Assembly (NCBI GenBank): GCA_040357565.1
Contig: JBDODJ010000006.1
Reading direction: 5' to 3' (one strand)
DNA length: 64,000 nt
Source of the DNA: Cercozoa sp. M6MM
Lineage: Eukaryota > Protista > Endomyxa: Ascetosporea
In this document: one piece after another, positions 59,784 through 64,000 of the stretch
Numbering within the stretch: position 1 is the stretch's first letter
Layout: the number at the start of each line of letters is the position of its first letter
Made by a program: the position numbers and the translations under genes
Notes under the pieces: generated by a model
Databases searched by the model: none
Told to the model about the DNA's origin: nothing
The model's input: only the letters and a program-made list of their open reading frames with translations

Positions 59784-61373
59784 ATGCGATCGGAGGCTTC
59801 AGTTCTTTTGGGTGCGGGAGTCATTCAAACTACCGGCGGACGGTTCCTTCTTCCTGATAGAGTACAGACAAAACTCAGTACTAAAGCTAAATGGTGGTAC
59901 AGCACATGTGTTGTTTATAAGACAGGAAAGCCGATTTGTGTTTGTTCCGGGTGCAAGTGTCGTCAGTTGCGACGGCAGAGAGGTTGCTTCGCTTTGCTGT
60001 GTGTGCAAGGAATGTTCCCCATCTACAAAAAGCGGCTTTTGGGCAGTTTCCACAAGCGCGAATATCGCCAACGTTGCTGCCAGAGTACTGTTCCAGCTTG
60101 CGAGTGCAAACTGATGCGCCATCGTCGCTGTCACTCAACACTGGAGGTGAATTCAAACTCTTTCAGTTTCAGTTTCGACACAAAACGCGTTCTTTGTTCG
60201 CTTCTTGGTCGTGCAGAAGAATTTCAGATACCACTCGGTCTCACTGGACGGGTGATAGTGCAGGACAAGCAAACGCTTAAGACTGTTGTTGTTGGCCATC
60301 TGGGTTTCGTCACTTGGACTGTCAACTGCGATGACGCTGTCGAAGCTGCTGTCTTGCATGGTAAATCTGACATATATTTAATTGCGCAAGAGTTCGTTTG
60401 TCACCAGAACAGTAAATTTACCATTTAGAAACCACTGACAAGCACATTTTTAGCGGCCCCAATCGGTTTCATCGCCTCACAGTGCCGATTTCCTCACTCG
60501 AACGGGACACCAGTTTGGACGCGCGGTATGCCTTGCTCCGAATGATGGGAAGTGCAATGTGTGACGTGAGTGTCGACTCTGGCGTGCGCTTGCTGTTACC
60601 TGGCACGAGTTTGTGGGGCCTTGGACGGTCAGTTCATGGCAGCATCTTGATTTGTTTGGTGTACAGTACGTTTCTTTGGACCAAATACAGAGAGCAGTTC
60701 GTGTTGCATTCGGGCACATCGGCAGTTCGACTGCGCCTGTCGAGCTCGGCGATGCTGACAGAACAGGCCATGAAACTCGCACCTGGAGTTGTTGCTGTCA
60801 CACCGCGCCAGTGCGATCTGGGCCACTGTAGATCGTTTCATATTTATAATTTATGGGTTGTGTGGTGAGTACCATATGAGCTGAGGAGATGAAGCTGTAC
60901 TGTAGGTCTGTCAACGCTATCGATGGATAGTAAAGATGCCTTGTTTAACGCGGAGGTGTTTTCACAGGTAAAGCTCACTTTAACTAATATCGGTTTGAAT
61001 CTCCTGCTCCTGTCACTTGATAATGGGCTAGCCCGCTGCGCACGCTTTGCCGATGCCGCTGCACACGAACGAAGTGTCGCGCAAAGTCGAACCGCTCTGG
61101 AGCGAGAAAGAGAAAGCTGCACCGCTTCCTTCAACGGCAATCGCTGCGACAAAATCCCGCGTGCCGCTGCTCATCTTCATCGGCGTGTTGCTGCTCGTTG
61201 TCGTTGTGGTAATGTACCGTACATGTCGATTTTGATACAACTGAGGCATACTGCAGCGATATGATGCAATAATTGTCTTGCAGTACGTGCGTGCCTCCCT
61301 GCTTAAAAGAAGGAAGAAGAAACTCCGCCACTCGTACTCGATTCTGCCGACGCACAGCCATTTCATGTTCTAG
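59784..61373 (+). CDS. Hypothetical type I membrane protein (5' structure uncertain)
   Basis: Last exons splice to ..VPLLIFIGVLLLVVVV/YVRASLLKRRKKKLRHSYSILPTHSHFMF* (TM plus basic stop-transfer). Upstream exons not resolved. Confidence 0.4.
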
Positions 61374-61543
61374 CAAGCATGACTCGGTCGGTTACAGCAG
61401 TTTCTCTAGCTTATTTGTAACTGTGCGCTCGACAAATTTGTTCGTAATTTTATTTACCGCGAGGCACGTCACGGGTTTCACGCAGGTCTTCCAGCCGCCA
61501 AAGGCCCTTTTGCTTCCGACTAGTGCAGTTTCAGTAGTCACAG

Positions 61544-62910
61544 ATGCTACTGTACCAAAGACAACGCCCACCAGCAACGCAGATGCGTTTTGCTTCGAAA
61601 GCCCAGCAGCGACAGACGTTTGAAATGCAGCAGCAGCAACGCTTCGGCAGCGCCAGTATCGACCAAAGCTCGAGTCTGGACGCCGAACTCGACTTTGGTG
61701 CAGGTGTGAGTGAGCAAGGCGATCACGACAACATGTCATTTCGCGGCGAAAGTCGTGCTCGAAGCGGCATGTCGATTCGTTCGGAAGAGACCGGCGCAAC
61801 GATGCATCAACAAGTCAGGAACGCGCCGAACGTTGCGAATCCGCTTGAAATGCTCGATGAGTTTGAAGTGTGTTTTAATTTCGGTTGTCCGTACTCTAGT
61901 TGATGCATGATAAGTTTGTTTGGCTGGTTTTGACTTCAGAGCACGCTTCGTGACGCGCAAAGATTTCGGATGCGTGCTTTCGCGGAGGTGGAGATGCTCA
62001 AGCGCGAACTCGACACGGTGATCGCCAACGAATCCGAGCTGCTCGAGGAAGCCGAAATCGCGTCCAACGAGCGCGAGACGGCGTTCCAGCAGTTGCAGCT
62101 CGCGCTCACGCAGACAGAAGAAGCTAGACGCGAGGTCAACTCGCTCGAAGCTCAAAGCACTGCCGTCCGTCACTGTGTCATGTCGTCGGCGCAAGCTTTC
62201 GACAATGTCAACACGAAGGGTATTAGTTGAACCGTGGGAACTCGAATTCTTACTTAGTATTAAACACGAACACGGTGCTACAGTGAACAACGAACTTGCC
62301 AAGATGGAGCGCAAAGTGAACGAGCTGCACGCCGAAACTAGCAGGATGACTTCGCTGCTGGGCAACACCGAGGCTGCCAAATCACTCGGACAGGTGTGCT
62401 CGCAGATCGCCACCTATGCAGCCATGACTGGCAATGCCAAGAAGAGTACTTCATTCTTCCAAGTCACCCTCTATACCTCCATTGAGAGTCCGAGCTTGGG
62501 CAGTGGCCAGTAGATTTCCCGAGGTGGAAGATGCGCAGCAGCTGCGCACCATGGCGCGTGCGCACGAGATGTGCGAACTCATGGTGAGGGGCCGTCACGA
62601 CTACTGCGACTCGCAGCGCATTCGTAAGCTTTGTCGCTTTCGTGTTCTCATCGAAAAATACTTCTTTAATCTGTTCTCGACACAAACAGAACTGCCAGTC
62701 ACTGACAAAGACAGTCCAATGACGCAGTGCGACGCCGAGCGCTGGTTCTACGCACCTCGTGGTCTGCCTTTCGTCGGCATGTGGCAGCGTATCGCCGACG
62801 CAGTGCATCGCGAGGTCGCCACTGACATGGGCAGTGCCACGGGTTCGCCTGTCAGCGACGGCGGCTCCATGAACGACGACGACTCGGGCGTAGAAAGCGA
62901 GGACCTGTGA
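61544..62910 (+). CDS. Hypothetical coiled-coil protein
   Basis: Five exons join in frame at GT-AG introns; central heptad-rich region; ends ..DDDSGVESEDL* with TGA at 62910. Confidence 0.7.
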
Positions 62911-63180
62911 CCTCAACCCAAGTCGAACCGGTACTCAAGCTCCGTCAGCTCGAACTCCTCCAGCGCGCAGCGCGCGGGCCACGTGTTCACGTTCTTTCGT
63001 TCGCACCTTGATTGGATTTTTTCGATTAGCATTCCCGTACGATGACACGTGAATCAATATCTGTACTAATTATGATATAACCTAACACTTCAATAATCAA
63101 ATAATCCGATCGGTCGGTGCGGGTTGGCGCAAATTGCTTACTATGGTACAAACGTGGGCGAGACTGCCACTCACGTCACA

Positions 63181-64000
63181 TCAGTTGAGGTCAAGGCGAG
63201 AGGCAGCAAAGTCGATGTCCTCTGCACACCCAGAGATGTACCAATCTTTTCACATCAAATACCAACAGGTCAAGGTGAAAAGTACTGTCGCCACGACCCG
63301 AAAGGTTGACGAGCACCGACTTGTCCTGCGGAAGTGCTGCAGCGAGTCGCATCGCGTATGCAATCGCATGCTACATTCCGATAGATTCAGAGTGCACAGC
63401 ACCAAAGTACGATGTAATATTATAAAAAAGCTGCTGTACCGATGACTCGAGCGCCGGGATGATACCTTCGACACGCGACAGTTCGAGGAAAGCGCTGAGG
63501 CAGTCTTGGTCACCCACGTGCACGTACTCGACACGACCCTTGTCCTGCGTGCAGACAAGGTCAATCAAAGTTGCGGATACAAGGTTAGAGGCATAGTACA
63601 TGCAGGTAGCTGTGTTGTGGACCAACGCCCGGGTAGTCCCTGGACAGAAACAAGTACCAATACAATCCACAATGGTGGACCGTGTAAGAGAGTGTAAAGT
63701 ACAGGCCACTCGCGACAGTGTGAACAGGCAGCGGCTCGCCCTGCTCATCTTGCAGCACGTGGCAGTCAAAGCCGTGGATAGTGCCAGGACTGCCCACCGT
63801 CATGGTGGCAGCATGGCGACCCGAGTCCAGACCTTCGCCAGACGGCTCAACTCCGATCAGACGGACGTTGCGGTCGTTTAAAAAGGCCGAGAAGATGCCG
63901 ATAGCGTTTGAGCCACCGCCAACACAGGCAACCACTGCAAGAAGGGATCATCCTTAACATTTGATAACAGACAATAAGCAATACCGAAGTTCGGACGCGC
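63181..64000 (-). CDS. trpB: Tryptophan synthase beta chain, C-terminal half (5' end outside window)
   Basis: [68 protein letters not shown]; five GT-AG introns; TGA at 63181-63183. Confidence 0.96.

Overview
Eukaryotic DNA from a compact but extremely intron-rich protist; I cannot identify the organism from this window. The genetic code is standard (TAA, TAG and TGA all act as stops). The supplied ORF track is mostly exon fragments or microsatellite artefacts, so I spliced the genes by hand at GT-AG introns of about 45-130 nt. About 20 protein genes are present: ASCC3/Slh1 helicase (5'-truncated, 81 introns), a tandem AAA+ ATPase resembling bacterial Afp15/Pvc15-type ATPases, a signal-peptide plus F-box-like protein, a membrane-anchored CE4/NodB deacetylase, C2/EF-hand phosphatidylserine decarboxylase, a Tctex-1 light chain, a DH-PH-ANK-FYVE RhoGEF, SF1/BBP head-to-head with U1C, a NOL1/NOP2/Sun methyltransferase, dienelactone hydrolase, an FtsX-like permease, GTF3C5, TrpB (5'-truncated) and several hypotheticals. 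The strongest candidate for something undescribed is the splicing system. Donors are dominated by GTAC/GTAG/GTAT and have largely lost +5G, with apparent compensation rules. The two early splice-site readers, SF1 and U1C, sit on one 214-bp divergent spacer and carry substitutions at RNA-contacting positions. Introns in some domains are built from recurring short words (GTACARATGGAC, TGACT/TGATCA/CACGTG, TTTACCCC/CCCTA), which suggests a templated or slippage-based sequence-writing process. All counts are hand counts from my gene models. No tRNA, rRNA, CRISPR array or transposase was recognised.
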